Below, piece by piece: positions 1-17,675 of a stretch of DNA of 64,000 nt (its first letter is position 1; each line of letters opens with the position of its first letter). The notes beneath the pieces were generated by a model. It was not told the origin of the DNA and did no database searches. It saw only the letters and a list, made by a program, of their open reading frames with translations. Position numbers and translations under genes: made by a program. The DNA comes from the human T2T-CHM13v2.0 reference genome, Homo sapiens, in NCBI RefSeq assembly GCF_009914755.1, contig NC_060929.1; one strand, given 5' to 3'.

Positions 1-40
1 CCAAAATGCTGGGATTACAGGCATGAGCCACCGCACTCGG
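1..40 (-). mobile_element. Alu, 5' end of a minus-strand copy cut by the window edge
   Basis: CCAAAATGCTGGGATTACAGGCATGAGCCACCGCACTCGG is the reverse complement of the Alu 5' end. Confidence 0.9.
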
Positions 41-384
41 TTTCTTGCAAATTTTCTATGAATTTGAAATTGCATCAAAATAAAAACTTAAAACATATAA
101 TTAAAATTATATAGTATTTATAAAAATATTCAGTGATCAACAAATTGGTGTTATTTTCTTGGAGAATTTGTGAATTATTCTTATTAAAAATAATTTTTTA
201 AGCTGAAATTTTCTTTAGAAGTTAAAATAATGCATCTGAGTTCGTTAGCATATTTTTTAAAAAAATTATATTAATAGCTGAACATTAAAAAGAATAAAAG
301 TAAAATAATTATTCTTGGTATATATTCATATACTTAATCAGTTTTGTAATTCTGTCTATAATACTATGTCACTTGTGTTCTTCC

Positions 385-1465
<1,081 letters not shown>

Positions 1466-1566
1466 TGATTTTGAACAAGATGCAACCAAAATGAAGAGAA
1501 CTTTCTTCATCATTATGGTTGATGTTTAGGTTGATTTCCCAAGTAATTCTTCAAAAAGCTCAAACC

Positions 1567-2343
1567 TTTTTTTTCTTTTTTTTTTTTAAGTTCCGGGATA
1601 CTTGTGCAGAACGTGCTGGTTTGTTATACAGATATACATGCGCCATGGTAGTTTGCTGCACCTACCAACCCGTCACCCTGGTTTTAAGCCCCACATGCAT
1701 TGGCTATTTGTCCTGATGTTCTCTCTCCCTTCACCCCACCCCCACCCCACAGACCTCAGTGTGTGTTGTTCCCCTTCCTGTGTCCATGTGTTCTCATTGC
1801 TCAACTCCCACTTATGAATGAGAAGATGTGGTGTTTGGTTTTCTGTTCCTGTGTTAGTTTGCTGAGGATGATGGCTTCCAGCTTCATCCATGTCCCTGCA
1901 AAGGACATGATCTCTCATTCCTTTTTATGGCTGCATAGTATTCCACGGTGTATATGTACCACATTTTCTTTGTCCAGTCTATAATTGATGGGCATTTGTG
2001 TTAGTTCCAAATCTTTGCTACTGTGAATAGTGCTGCAGTAAACATATGTGTGCATGTATCTTTATAATAGAATAATTTATATTCCTTTAGGTATATACCC
2101 AGTAATGGGATTGCTGGGTCAAATGATATTCTAGTTCTAGATCCTTGAGGAATCGCCACACTGTCTTCCACAATGGTTGAACTAATTTACATTCCCACCA
2201 ACAATGTAAAAGCATTCCTATTTCTCCACACCCTTGCCAGCATCTGTTGTTTCTTGACTTTTTAATAATCGCCATTCTGAGTGATGTGAGGTGGTATCTC
2301 ACTGTGGTTTTGATTTGCATTTCTGTAGTGATCAGTGATGTTG
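1567..2343 (-). mobile_element. L1PA (L1PA7/8-like) 5'-truncated 3' end
   Basis: Poly-T tail, L1 3'UTR, and ORF2 C-terminus in ORF 2087-2410 ([13 protein letters not shown]...[25 protein letters not shown]). TSD AAAAAGCTCAAACCTTTT (1553-1570) / AAAAAGCCCAAACATTTT (2345-2362). Confidence 0.93.
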
Positions 2344-4544
2344 AAAAAAGCCCAAACATTTTTAAGGTCTGATTGATGATGCATGGCAAAGAGAAAGTAT
2401 ATACTGCCATCTGAAGTTTTTTGTTTGTTTTTTAACATCAGCTTTATCATAAAAAAATCAGTTACTCTATATACACATAAAAATATGTGTAAAATTTAAC
2501 CACTAGCAATTCCTATTTAAATTGGTAAAACACCAAAATCTGCTTGGAGGCAATTAGGAATTGTGTGTGCACCACTGTCAATCCAAGTACACTTCTGTTT
2601 TATAGATATCATGATTAGAACATAGTTTTTACCATGGTGCTATGCTCTGCCAAAATTTATATTCATGTCACCACAGACACAAATAATTTCATTTTCAATG
2701 TTGAACTTTTCCTTGAATTCATCTCAGTATGCATAATGGTGTCAGATGTTTTGCTTTCAACAAACAAACTTCCAAAAGCATAACTTGATTTCATGAATTG
2801 TCAGGTGAAAAGAAAGTTAAGTCATTAACTGGAATGAGCTTGATCAATTTTCTATTTGAAACATCTGATGACTTTGATATACAATTGGAATTATTTAACT
2901 GTTTGCAAAGTTCTTCTATTGTTAATGGAGCCAACAGTTCAGCATGGCTTTGCACATGCACAAGAAATGTTGGTACTGAAAATGATTGAAATTAACTTAG
3001 AAGAACAGACATTTAATCTAAATGAAAAGTCACTTCAAAGAATGATGTAGAAATAAACCTTTCCACAGCTGCACATATTAAATTGTTTTCTCTGACCACA
3101 ATCCTCTTAAGATAACTTCCAACTTTGAAGTAGGTGCTGTTGCTTTTTCGGCAGATGCGTGTCATCTGCTTTTTATAGGTTTAGTGATATCACTAAAACC
3201 CTTTGATGGATAGTAAATGTCAACATTTTTGTGCAAGTTCTATATTCATCATCAGCTATCTTGAAAAATGAACATTTAAGACCTAATTTTTCATTAAATA
3301 TGCTCTTTCGGGTTGTTGGTTTTGTTTTGTGTTTGTTATCATCATTGTTGTTGATTTTCCTTTTGTTTTTTAGCTCATTGCTGCTGAAAGTACTTTTTAC
3401 AAAATTTTTAAATAGAGTTACAAAATAGTAATGACCAAACCATTATAGCAAGAAAGTTTATATTATTTTCTGAATATGACACTTGTATCACTACTATTGA
3501 GCTTTATATCCACCACATATGTCTCATATACCCATCCTGTAATTTCCTGTATTTCCTACTGATAGACAATCTTGTGGTTGTGAGTCTTCCCAGCCATGGC
3601 TGGGTACATACAGGGCACAACTGACTGGTAGACCAAGTGGCCAGTAGAGACAGCAGCGTCAAAGCGCAGAAGGGGCGAGCTGTCGCTATTCACTCAAGTG
3701 TGAGTCTTTCCAGCTAGCTGCCTGCATGCTGTTCTTGGAAGGAGAGGTTAATTTCATTGCATCTGAAAAGAGGTGGAGAAAAGAATATGAGTTATCATTG
3801 GTCCTCTTTCCAATTTAACCACATGTTAGAGTAAAAACTCTGTTTACTGCACATGCATCTTACATGTGACCGTGGCAGAACCAAAAGTACAAGATAGAGG
3901 GCTACCGTATCCATTTTCTGTGCTACATAACAAATTTCCCTCATCTATAAAATGGGCATAGCAATGGGTCTACTTGTGGGGTTTTTGTAACAAATAAAAG
4001 AGTTAACAATACAAATATGATTGGGTTAAGGAAATATATAAGAATTAGGTATTATTATAATAATTATTACTGCTTTCTAGAAAAAAACAAATACTATAAT
4101 ACTTTCAACAATTCCTCATTGTTGAAATTGTTAGAAACCAAGTTGTTTTTCAGACTCTTCACTGTCATGAATGCTTTCTTCGTGTTCCATTTGCCAATTC
4201 CTGCCACTTTATAGTTGTATTTCTGTAAATAATAATTCTACTGCTACAACCTCAGCAATTAGCTTTTATGGGCAGTCATGTTACGTATTTGTTGGCTTAT
4301 ATTAAACTTAAGATTTTTTAAAAAAAATGTACACCCAAGTATATTTCATCTAAACCATTACTAAGCCATAGTTTCCCACTTCAAACTCAAATAGCTGGTT
4401 TTATGAAAGTACACTTAGAATTTTCCATCCAACCCTTTTTATGTAATCTTGTTAGTTTCCATTCATAGCTCTATTTCTTATGAGATCTTTTTGATCATCC
4501 AAGTTATTAGCTTTGGATTATTTGTCATTAAGAGCATAGGTTTG

Positions 4545-5150
<606 letters not shown>

Positions 5151-8100
5151 TCAAATAATTCTAGGCCTCAATACCAGCTCCACTCTTCATTAATTCTATA
5201 GAATTGGGCAATTTCAATCCATTTTCTCATCTGTCAAATGACAATACTAATAAATATTTCACATCACAGGATTCTTGGGGTGATTAAATGGTATAATAGT
5301 TGATACCTGTCAATATAGTATATGAATAAAATATTTTATAAATGATATTTATTATATATAACATAATATTAGATTTTAAATGCAACATGTCAAATATTAC
5401 TATTTATATAATATTAATAAAATATTGTTATGAAAAATTATTCGCCAGGATAAAAATAATCACCAGGATAATAATAATAAAAATAATTTTAAAAAACTAT
5501 ATTCTAATAGAGACTTCCTTCTAGTAGGCATATGACAATTTTAATAGCTACAAATCCATCTGTCAATTTTAAAACTTTAGCAGCAAGAATGATATTACTG
5601 TACTAAGATAGTCAACATAAATTTTGATTGACTTCTTACACTCAGATCTTTCTTTTTTCGCAAATGTTTTGTGCCTTATTCATATTTTATTCTTCAGCTC
5701 TTTGAATATATCCATGTCAGTGTATCCACCTCAGAAAGTAAGTTCCTGAACAGACTTAACCAGACACCTACACTACCCAGAGGGAGCACACTGGGACAGA
5801 AGTCTGCTGCCTGGGAGAGCACGCACACAAAACACATTGCAAGGCAGCTCATCCCAAGGGCTGCACAAATCCTATTCCATCCGAAGAAAAAAGTCACCTA
5901 TTTCAGAGCCACACACAGAGCAAGCACTCTGTACACATGGAGATAGCATTCCCAGCACTGCTGTATGGATTCCCTCTTCTCTCCTGGTGCCCACATGAAC
6001 TTGCCCTAGGATATCCTACATTCTCTCTCTCTCTCAGTCCACTTATCTCCCCTCCTACACAAAAACAAATTTTCTCTCTCTCTCTCTCCCTCCTTTTCTC
6101 TCTTGGACTTTGGGAGTGTCAAGAAAGAGGGGTGGTGGGGAGGGTTACACTGGATCTTTTACATAATCTTTGAATGTTTAGCAAAGCACAGAGCTTCTCA
6201 GGGCATTTCTCCCCACTGCACAGCCAAGGCACCCAACCCAGCTGTTCCATTCACTATTGTCCTGGCAACCCGGCGTGGTTGATCTTTCCCTTGTCCTACT
6301 TTTTTAAAAGCCCTTTCATCACAGCTTTTCCCTTTGGAACATAACAAGAAGGGACAGAGGTGAAGGAGTGATGGCCGCTCCTTGTCACATTCTCCACATT
6401 ACTAGGTGGCCTGCACTGCCTGGGCAGCCACCCCATCCCCAGACTCCACCCTGCTGAAGTGCCCCTTTCCTGCTGGCATTGGGGCTAGGTCTGACTGCAG
6501 TGCGGTCCGCTGGCCCTGTCCACCTTCCACTTTGCTCCATTTCCCTTTCCTCCGAGCGCTTTCGCCACCATCAGGCCCTGGTTCAGCCACTGCTGCTGGC
6601 CAGTGCCCTTCTGCTAAAGAGCGACAACTCCCTGGTGAATGCCAGAATCATCCTTAAAAAGTCTAATGGAGAAGCTAGTTCTTTAATATCTCAGCTCTTA
6701 ATCTCCCTCCTCCAGAACCACAATAATGCTCTGGCCTCGCCAGATGCCTCCGTTACATGTTACTTCTACACACAGGGAGAGACGCTATTCACACTTTCAG
6801 GGTGTGTAAACCGAGACTCTGAAAGATTAGTAACTGGAAGGAAGGAGACAAGACTATTTCTTCAGTGTGTAACAGACTCCAGCTTTACACACACCACCTC
6901 CAGGTAAATGTTCCTGGGGCTGGTTACTGATGCTCACAGTCATTAGGCAACTCACCCGACACTGGAGCTGAACCTAACTCCTCCAACTCCAAACCCAGCA
7001 TTCCTTCTAGAATTTGAGAAAGAACACTTTTCCCCAGATATCTCAGGAATAAAATGGCTCCCTCCCGAAGGCTCCCACCTCCTCCCACAGCCTCATTACC
7101 TTCATAGCTACCTTTACCATCCTGGAGGGTAAGGCTGCCATTTTGTTCACCTTGACATCAACTCTCTGTCTCCCACACTGGAGATGCTCAACAATATATG
7201 CTTTATGGAGATACTTTAAGACAGACAAAGGTCTCATAGAGGGAAAGCTTTTATTAATACTTAGGATCAACCTCATACACAAAGGCGATTGGAGACACTG
7301 ACATTTTTTCCTAGGTGAATCTGCTCCTAATCTGACCCTCCCACCCAGCGCCATTAAAAACACAACATACATTTCCTTCTTCTGTCTATCCATGGGAGTT
7401 AGTAATAACCTTTATAGCATTTATTACGGTATGTCAATATAACTTCTTTCTCATTCTATCTCTCCACCAGGCTGGGAGTTTATCAAGGATAAGACACCCT
7501 GTAATTCATTTCTGTGATAGATGAATAGTAGGTGGTAGGTAAATGCTTTTTGAATGAATGAATGAAGATTAAATGAACCAGAATCTCTGCTTGAAATAGG
7601 AGGTGGGGAAGGTTGACATTGTCTATGAAGTTGTCAGACTCTTTGATCTATTGAATGCTAGCGTTCAAAGGCACTTTAGAAGTGAAGCCAAATTCCTTCA
7701 TCTTACCAAGAGGGAAGCCCAAAGAAGTTTAGCAACTTGCCCAAAGTTGCACAATTAGCCACTGAGCTGGAACTAGACCTCAGGTCTTCTGGTTTCCAGT
7801 TTAGTGACTCCTGTCCTTTTGAGAATTTGTAACAAAGAGGAGGGAAGACTTAGAAATCTCCCAAAGTGTCCCCATTTCTCCTTCAACCCAAGTTCCTTTA
7901 GAAGCCAGCCCAAAACTGTTATCCCTTTTTAGGGGCCTTATATCCAAGGCAGCTGTGGGAGATCATGAAGAATTTGAGCTGGGGTGGCTAAGGAAAGCCA
8001 GAACTCCCCTGATGTTCTCTCCCCTTCCCTCAAAAATTGCTTTCACTTCTAAGAATTTACCTTCATCTGTAAGGTGGACAAAGTTTTATATTGAAGGACT

Positions 8101-8269
8101 TTTATCACAAAGTTATTTATAATAGTAAGCATTTTGCACAATATAAGTGTCCAAAACCAGGAAAATAGTTAAATAAATCATGGTACAGCTATACAATGAC
8201 TATTACGCACTAACTGAAAAATCGCATTTTGTTAATACAATGAATTCATGCATGACATAAAAATATTAA

Positions 8270-8460
8270 TATTAGCTAACAATTAATGTTTACCATATGC
8301 CAGGTGCAAGCTAAGAATTTTACATGTCATCTTATTTAGTCCTGACAGCAAGTTGTGAAGAAGGTACTATTATTACTTCCATTTTGCAGAAGAGGATACT
8401 GAGGTTTAGAGAGGTTAAGTAATTTGCCCAAGCTAAAACAACAAGTAAGGACAGAGTTAG
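8270..8460 (-). mobile_element. MIR fragment
   Basis: CCATTTTGCAGAAGAGGATACTGAGGTTTAGAGAGGTTAAGTAATTTGCCCAAG matches the MIR core. Confidence 0.75.
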
Positions 8461-9336
8461 AAACTTCAGAAAAATGTCTTTATTATAAAGTTATGTTTTA
8501 AAAATCTGATGTACAACTTTCTGTATTATATTATTCCAACTATCTAGTTATTTTATTCAAAGAAAATATCATCAATGTAGTTGTTCCTGGCTAGTAGAAA
8601 TACGTACAGCTTTTGTTTTCTATAATGTGCAATATTTTTCAAATGTTCTATAATGAATAAATATTTCTCTTACTTTATTTATTTGTTTTGTTTATTTAAT
8701 TCACAGCGAAAGCTTTTTAAAAAAGTAATGTCTCCTGGGGAAATGGCAGCTACATCATCAGAATTTGAAAAAGAGGAAAAGAGGGGATACCTTAGAAAAA
8801 GTCCATAGGAAAATGAGAGAAGTTGAGCCATCTGGCTGCTGGCACCCTACTCCCTCCTCCTCCAAGCCTCTTCCCCTTCACCAGTAAGAACATTCCCAAC
8901 TCAGGACCCAGAGTAGCAAGACAGGAGCTGCTTGTCTTGCAGTACCAACCATCGGTGAGATATAGATATATGGTTCAGATTTTGCCTCTCAGATCCACTT
9001 GTGCCAAACTCAAGAGCCAATGACCCAATATAAAGGAATCGCGATGTCTTTTTTCTCCCACTTGAACATTTCCCAAATTTCAAATTAGTGAAAGTTGCTG
9101 AAAATTGGGTCCCCCACATAGAAATGATGGCCATACTAGTAATGAACAGTTAGTGAGAGCCAACATTCCCCAGTCTTCACACTGAACAATCTCTCTGTGG
9201 CACTGGAACCTGCTTATGTTTGTCTACGTTCATTTGTTCAACAAACTTTCATTGATCACACAGTATATGACTTTTTCCCAAGCATTGACAATACAGAGGT
9301 TAAAAAAATACAGACCAGCCCCCTGTCCTCACAGAA

Positions 9337-9805
9337 TGTGTCTATAAACTCTTAGCATTCCTCCCCTCAAGCCCTGGAATATGGCCTGGCCTTGGTGACT
9401 TGTTACTCCTTAATAAAATGCAGCAGAAGTGTCACCATGTCACTTGGTAGTAAACAGCAATGAAACTTCTCCTTAGCTTTCTCTGCAGTGCTCTTGGAAC
9501 CCAGCCACTATGCTGCAAAGAAACGCAGACCACAGGCAGAAGCCTCATATAAGAGTTCTGGCTGAGGGTCTCGACTGAGGGCTCAGTTGATGGCCACTAT
9601 CAACTACCAGATACATGAATGAAGAAGGTTTTGAGATGATTCCAACTCCAGCCCTCATCTGGCAAGTAAATGAGAGACCCTGAGTGAAACCTGCCAACCT
9701 GAGCAAAGGCAATCTTTCAAACTGTGAGAGGTAATAATAATAAATAATGTTTATTTGTTTTACACCACAAAGTTTGAGATTTTTTTTTAGGCAGCAATAG
9801 ATGAG
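9337..9805 (+). mobile_element. MaLR solo LTR (MLT1G/H-like)
   Basis: GGAACCCAGCCACTATGCTG...ACATGAATGAAGAAGG...AATAAATAATG...GTTTTACACCACAAAGTTTG...GCAGCAATAGA resembles MLT1 LTR architecture. Confidence 0.65.
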
Positions 9806-10301
9806 TTTACGGTGTAGCAGGGGAAAGCAGACATTAAATAATTATCCAAAAAAAGAAATTACATTATAAGAGTACCGTGAGATTCTTCCCTTTCCTGGCT
9901 CACAAACCAGAACTGCATCCCAGTTCGTCTCTATGCCCTCCCAGCTTCTCTCTCCTTGTTAATGGCATCTCTGTCCTGACAAAAACTAAAACTGCAGAAT
10001 TTGTGTCATTCTGCACTATTTTTTTCAGACTCATACCTAATTGGTAATCATATCCTGCTGATTCTACTTCCAGAGGTACCTCCCATCTGGCTCTTTCTTT
10101 CCAATCCTACCACCACCTGGGACCACACTGGGCCCTGAGAATCTCATCCCTGGCTTATTGGAATGCCCTCTCCAGTCAGTCTCACAGCCTCCATTCTCTT
10201 CCTTGTCAATCCATTCTATTCTCTGCTTTCAGACATATGTTCCTATACCAGGTCATCCCCAATTTTTCCCTCCCCTGCTCACAAAACTTTACTATCTCTT
10301 C

Positions 10302-10708
<407 letters not shown>

Positions 10709-11069
10709 CAAAACTTTACTATCTCTTCATGGCCTAACAAATGCAGGCCAAATGCCTTAGACCTTTCCTGGTCTGCGGTTCACCTCTGATCTGGCTTTAT
10801 TTTCCATACAGTTCTGCTACTGCCTGCTACACTCCGATAATCTGGACTTCTCCACACACTCTGAATGCCTCTTCTCTTTGATGCCTCTGAGCTCTCTATC
10901 CCCCCATCTGGATGTTTTCTTCCTTCCCCATGTGTCCAGGAGTCTACCTCCTATGACTTTCAAGGCTCTTATAGCAGCGATTGTCATCAGTCCTAAGGCC
11001 AGCTAATAATGATAGCTGTGACTGAGATGGCTTATGACCGAACATCTTGCACAATGGAAGTTAGGAGTT

Positions 11070-11440
11070 TTAACTGAGCGTGCGGTCAGCTAGAGACTAC
11101 AGTTCCCACCCTTCTAATGCAACTTGGCACAATCAGGTGACTAAGTTCTGGAACATGGAATGTAATCAGAAGTGAAATGAGCCACTTCTGGGTGATGTCC
11201 TTAAAAAGATGAAGCATGTCTTCACCTGGCCTTTTACCTTTCTTGCTTGCTGGGATGTGGTAAGAGCCAGAGCAACCATCTTGGTCTTAGAGCTGGAAGC
11301 CATGTTAAAATGTGGAGGCCCCCTTATAGCCACAGAATTCCTACCTCTGGACAGAGAGAAGAATAAACCTCTATTATGCTCTGCTACTGGAATTTGGAGT
11401 CTTTTTGCTATAGTAGCTTAGTCCATACCCCAACTAATAT
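11070..11440 (+). mobile_element. MaLR LTR (MLT1J/K-like)
   Basis: GACTACAGTTCCCA...GTGACTAAGTTCTGG..ATGGAATGTAA.CAGAAGTG...GCAACCATCTTG...AATAAAC pattern. Confidence 0.6.
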
Positions 11441-11834
11441 AATAGTTAATCGTTATATTGACATTTTTATTATGTGGCAGATACTCTTCATCATGTTATT
11501 TAATTTTCATAAATGTCATTGTGAAGAAGATAATATTGAAGATGAAGAAATTGAAGCTCAGAAAAGCTTTGCAACTTGCCCAAGGCCACACAGCTAGCAG
11601 GTAATCAAGTTAGAACTCAAACCTAGGCCAGATGATTTCAGAAACTATACTCTTAATCACTATTTATCCCTTTGCTCTGTTCCACAGCCTTAAAGGCATA
11701 GATAGATCTCATTCAGGCTTGCCAAGTGTCCCCAAAAGCACCTAGGAAAAAATTCTTGTATATAGTAGATGCTCAATAAATGTTTGTTGAATGAATGATT
11801 GATCTTAGGAAAACTTTGTGAAAGTTTCTAACTA

Positions 11835-12169
<335 letters not shown>

Positions 12170-13013
12170 TTAACTGTTTCCGGTGACCAGTAGGCCGCAT
12201 CCCTATTTTATAGAGACCACTATTCCGGGTGCTTAATACCAACAAATCTCTTCCCAGAGAATACCATGTATTGGAGCACTTTTTGCCCATATCATTATTC
12301 ATCTTACAATCAACAGGGAGTCTATGTGAATTATTGGGAAAAAACGTTTAGCCTGTTTCAGTCATCTACATTTATTTACACAGCTGTTCTTCCCCTTGTT
12401 CAAGCAGAAGACCGTGGTTCAGAAATCAGAGATGGAAATAAAATTAGGGGCTTTTTGAAGACTGCTGTGTGGTATCCTGCATCCTGGGCTCTCAGCAGGG
12501 ATGTGGGGTCCAGGGACTTTCAAAGTCTTTCTTTGTGCTATGTTAAGGGTCCTGGTAGAAAGTGAATAGTGCTGAGAGCTTGGGGCTGTGGGAGAGGTTA
12601 TTATAAAGTACCGGCATCCTACTGTGAGGGCTGAATGTGTTCCCTCCTTCAGGGCTCTTATCTGGAGTGCTTCGACAGAAAGGGAATAGAACAGAACGTC
12701 TGAACTGTTCTAGGGTTGTCTTCAGCCCTCCTCTGGGAAAACTTTTAGCAAGAAACACAAATCAAGGGGAAGCTAAAGAATGATTTTTAAAAAGGGTCTT
12801 CAAACAGTAACAGCCAGGCTTTGTTTTTTTCAATTAAGGGGACAAAAAGAAGAAATCACAGCCAATTCTCTTTCCAATTAAGTCTCATGGACCTCCCAAA
12901 ATAAAACACAGATGCTGTGACGAACACTAACACGCTCTTCAGTGAAGTGCGCTTGAACTCAGTGACACTTAGAGAATGATTTTTGAAACTAAAAATTTAA
13001 AACAAAAACAAAA

Positions 13014-13033
13014 CAGAGAGAGAGAGAGAGAGA
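13014..13033. repeat. (AG)n microsatellite
   Basis: About 10 AG units, seen directly. Confidence 0.9.
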
Positions 13034-13550
13034 CCATAAAAGCTTATTATAATCATGGCTTGCACTAACTCTATGGGAGGTTATGCAGTAAAGCTGAATT
13101 CTTTTTCATCAGTACATTCAAAATAAATTCATTCTTCTCTTTCACTTCCAATACAGATATACATTTAAGATGATTCTTCCTCCTATGTGTACCTACCATA
13201 CTGATATTAACATATCAGTTTAAAACTAAGCATTATTTCATGTTAGAACATATGTTTGGTAAGAATGCCCATGCCCTAGAATTTCATGAAGTCATGTGTC
13301 CCAGGAAGAAGTTACATGGGTAGGAGGGCTAAGATGATCCTACTACCTAGAGGACATTTAGATTAGGAAGAGCTAGACAAACACTGAAGAGACTTGCTTG
13401 ACCCACTGCTGTTCAGTTTTAATGAGGCCAAATCTCATGGAACAGGGGCAGAATGGGCGGAGAGTGGGTCATCAGCCCTGGCTAATTCTAGTTTCAATTC
13501 AGCAAATCAGAATCACGGTTCGCGGCAGCAATCCCATGGATGCCATCGAG

Positions 13551-13895
13551 TGTAACCGCCCAACGGTTTCACCTTGCCCGCTGCCTAGACAGAGCCGATT
13601 CATCCAGACAGGGGAATTGCAAGAGAAAGAGTAATTCGCGCAGAGTCGGCTGTACAGGAGACTGGAGTTGTATTATTACTCAAATCAGTCCACCTGAGCA
13701 TTCGAGGATCAGAGTTTTTAAGGATAATTTGGTGGGTCGGGGAAAGCCAGTTAGCCAGGAGTGCTGATTGGTCACGGATGAAATCGTAGGGAGTCGAAGC
13801 TGGTCATTTCCTGGGTGGGGGCCACTAGATGAGATGAGCTAGTTTATCGATCTGGGTGGTGCCAGCTGATCCATCAAGTGCAGAGTCTGCAAAAT
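13551..13895 (-). mobile_element. ERV1 LTR8-family LTR, 3' half only
   Basis: The reverse complement ends ...GGCTCTGTCTAGGCAGCGGGCAAGGTGAAACCGTTGGGCGGTTACA and contains GACCAATCAGCACTCC and GCACTTGATGGATCAGCTGGCACCACCCAGATCGATAAAC, as in the LTR8 consensus as I recall it. Confidence 0.8.
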
Positions 13896-14790
<895 letters not shown>

Positions 14791-14794
14791 AAAC

Positions 14795-14842
14795 TCCAGT
14801 AGAATATATATCCAGTAGAATATATATCCAGTGGAATATATC
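14795..14842. repeat. 3 x 16-bp tandem repeat TCCAGTAGAATATATA
   Basis: Units at 14795-14810, 14811-14826 and 14827-14842 (last one imperfect). Confidence 0.9.
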
Positions 14843-14919
14843 TTTAGAGATAGCACGGTCCTCCACTATTCTGCACCACAGGCCCCTATCACAGTCTACT
14901 GAAGCACCTTCTCAGATGA

Positions 14920-15150
14920 CATCTGGAGATATCTGAAACAATTGTAAGGTGATATGAAAATATCTGTGATTTCTATGGGTGACAAAGTCCGAGTACTGCT
15001 AAAACTCATGTAATTTTCTGCCTACATCCATTAGTTGAAGGAATTGCTGAATTTCAACTAAAGGTTAATGAAAATAACCTAAATATTTTTCCCATTCAAG
15101 TTCACAGACCCCTGGAGCCTATCCACAGAACCTTTGTAGGGTGTCTCCAA
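14920..15150. mobile_element. hAT-Charlie (Charlie4/MER80-like) fragment
   Basis: TTGAAGGAATTGCTGAATTTCAACTAAAGGTTAATGAAAATAA...CCCATTCAAGTTCACAGACCCC resembles Charlie4 as recalled. Confidence 0.45.
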
Positions 15151-15749
15151 CCCCATGGGCAGTGTTCCAGGGAAAGATCTTGGCATAACCTCAAAAGACA
15201 AAGAAATGCAAAGGGTAAAATGTGAAAGTCCAATCAAGCGGTATAGCCCCCCTGGGGTTGCTTAAATTACGTGCCCTCAAGCCTTCAAATTCATAACAGA
15301 GAGAAAGAAAAGAACACCTTCCTTCATATGGCAGCGTGGAGGTGAGAAGCAGTGCCGTGTGTGCCCAGCTTCATATGTCACACCCAGCCAAAATCTCTAG
15401 GCAATGGGCAACATGACTAGCTGAAAACAGAATTCCAAAAAATTCCCCTAGGAAAGCATCTGAAAATTGTTTGGATGACATAATTATTTTCTTAGCAGGT
15501 ATGTATCTATAATCCTAGGGAGATTTAGAATTAAATGCAGAGGTGAAATAAATAAAAGACATAGTATTCTTTGCTTATGCCGAATTAGGGGAGACTCTGA
15601 GACTATTTGATGTTTTCAGTTCTTGTAATTTTAAGATAATTTGGCATGTTAGATAGGACTTCTGCTTTTTCCTCCCTTATCTCATTATCTTCCTTCCAAT
15701 TCCTCGATATATTCTCCACCTCTAGACATTGGAGAGCCCAGGGCCTTTA

Positions 15750-16900
15750 TCTGTTCTCTAGCTACACTCACACCCCATAGGAACACTATCTATAGCGGAT
15801 AAAACCAAATCTAGTCTCAAACCAGACCTCTCCCATGAATTCATTCTCTCATATCTAACAGTCTATTCAACATCTCCCCTCGATTGTCTCAAATTTTGAC
15901 TTCCTGCCCTGACCACACCCCACAAGTCTGTTCTCAGACTTCCCCAAATCAGTAAATTACAACTACATTCCTACAGCTACTCAGGCCAAAAACCTTGGTT
16001 TTAGAGTCATTAAATCTTACATAAAAATTTGGCTAACAAAATGAGGCAGAATAATAGAATAGAAATTGGATTAGGTATAATACCAGCTTTTGTAATCGTG
16101 TTTGTTGTACTAGCATGTATAATGTTAAATAAAACAACTTCGGCCATTTAATTTTTAGTTATTCCACCCCATTTTGGTTTTGAATCTTCTCCTCCATCTT
16201 CATTCATTGTCACGCTCCCTTGGCATGATTACACAGAGTTTTAAATTCTGTGTGTGCCACAGGTCCCAAATATAGAGCTCCAGCTTCACCTCTCTCGAGA
16301 ATGCTGTTGCCACCTAGAGATTTCCACTGGAGATCTACGAGCATTCAGAGCTCTTCATTCCCCTGCACCTAACTTGAACCTTCAGTCCTCCACCTCATTT
16401 TAGTCTATTTACCTCGTTGCTCAAGCCTAAAACTTCAGCTTTATCTTTCACAGCTCTCTTTTCTTATTTTGTCCAATTTTTCATCAAATCCTGACAATTC
16501 TTCTTCCAAACCATATCCCTAAGTTGTAGCACTTCTCCCCACATTTATGGTTAGTCACCTTAATCCAAGCCACCAACAACTCTCACTGGGCCTTTTCCAA
16601 TGGCCTCCCAGGTAGTCTCTCACCCTGCTAACCATTTTCCACAAAGCAGCCAGTTAGCCTTTTAAAAAAAAAAAGCCATTTCATTCTTCTTCATGATGTC
16701 CTACAGTGGCTTCCTATTTCACTCCGAGTGAGATCCAAAGTCGTTTCCTAAAGCAGTATGCATTTATTTGTTTGGGGTCTGTCTCCCTCCACTAGAATGT
16801 AAGTTCCATGAGGGTCAAGACATCTTCTCCTTTGTTCACTGCTTTAACCACAGCACCTTAAACAGTGCCAGGCAGAGTGGGGATCAAGAAATACTTGTAG
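15750..16900 (+). mobile_element. L2 fragments
   Basis: GCTACTCAGGCCAAAAACCTTGG and a 3' end GTCTGTCTCCCTCCACTAGAATGTAAGTTCCATGAGGG...CAGTGCCAGGCAGAGT typical of L2. Confidence 0.65.
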
Positions 16901-17093
16901 CACAAAAAGAGAATAAACTGCTGAATGTGGAGTGAAGGCTGGGAGTATAAAGCAGTGGAGGAAGGAGGGCAACACTAACATTTTAGTCTATATTTTGTAC
17001 ACTTTTGCAAAGAGATGTTTTGAAGACCTCAGTCTTCAAAAATCTAAAAGGAAAAGAAAATTTATTTAAACTTGTTAACAAGTCCAAGCTCTA

Positions 17094-17675
<582 letters not shown>

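Noticed and set aside
16303-16322. CTCF-like motifs here and near 18795, 24765 and 36440
   Set aside because: Only partial matches to the core, which cannot be told from background without PWM scores or ChIP data.
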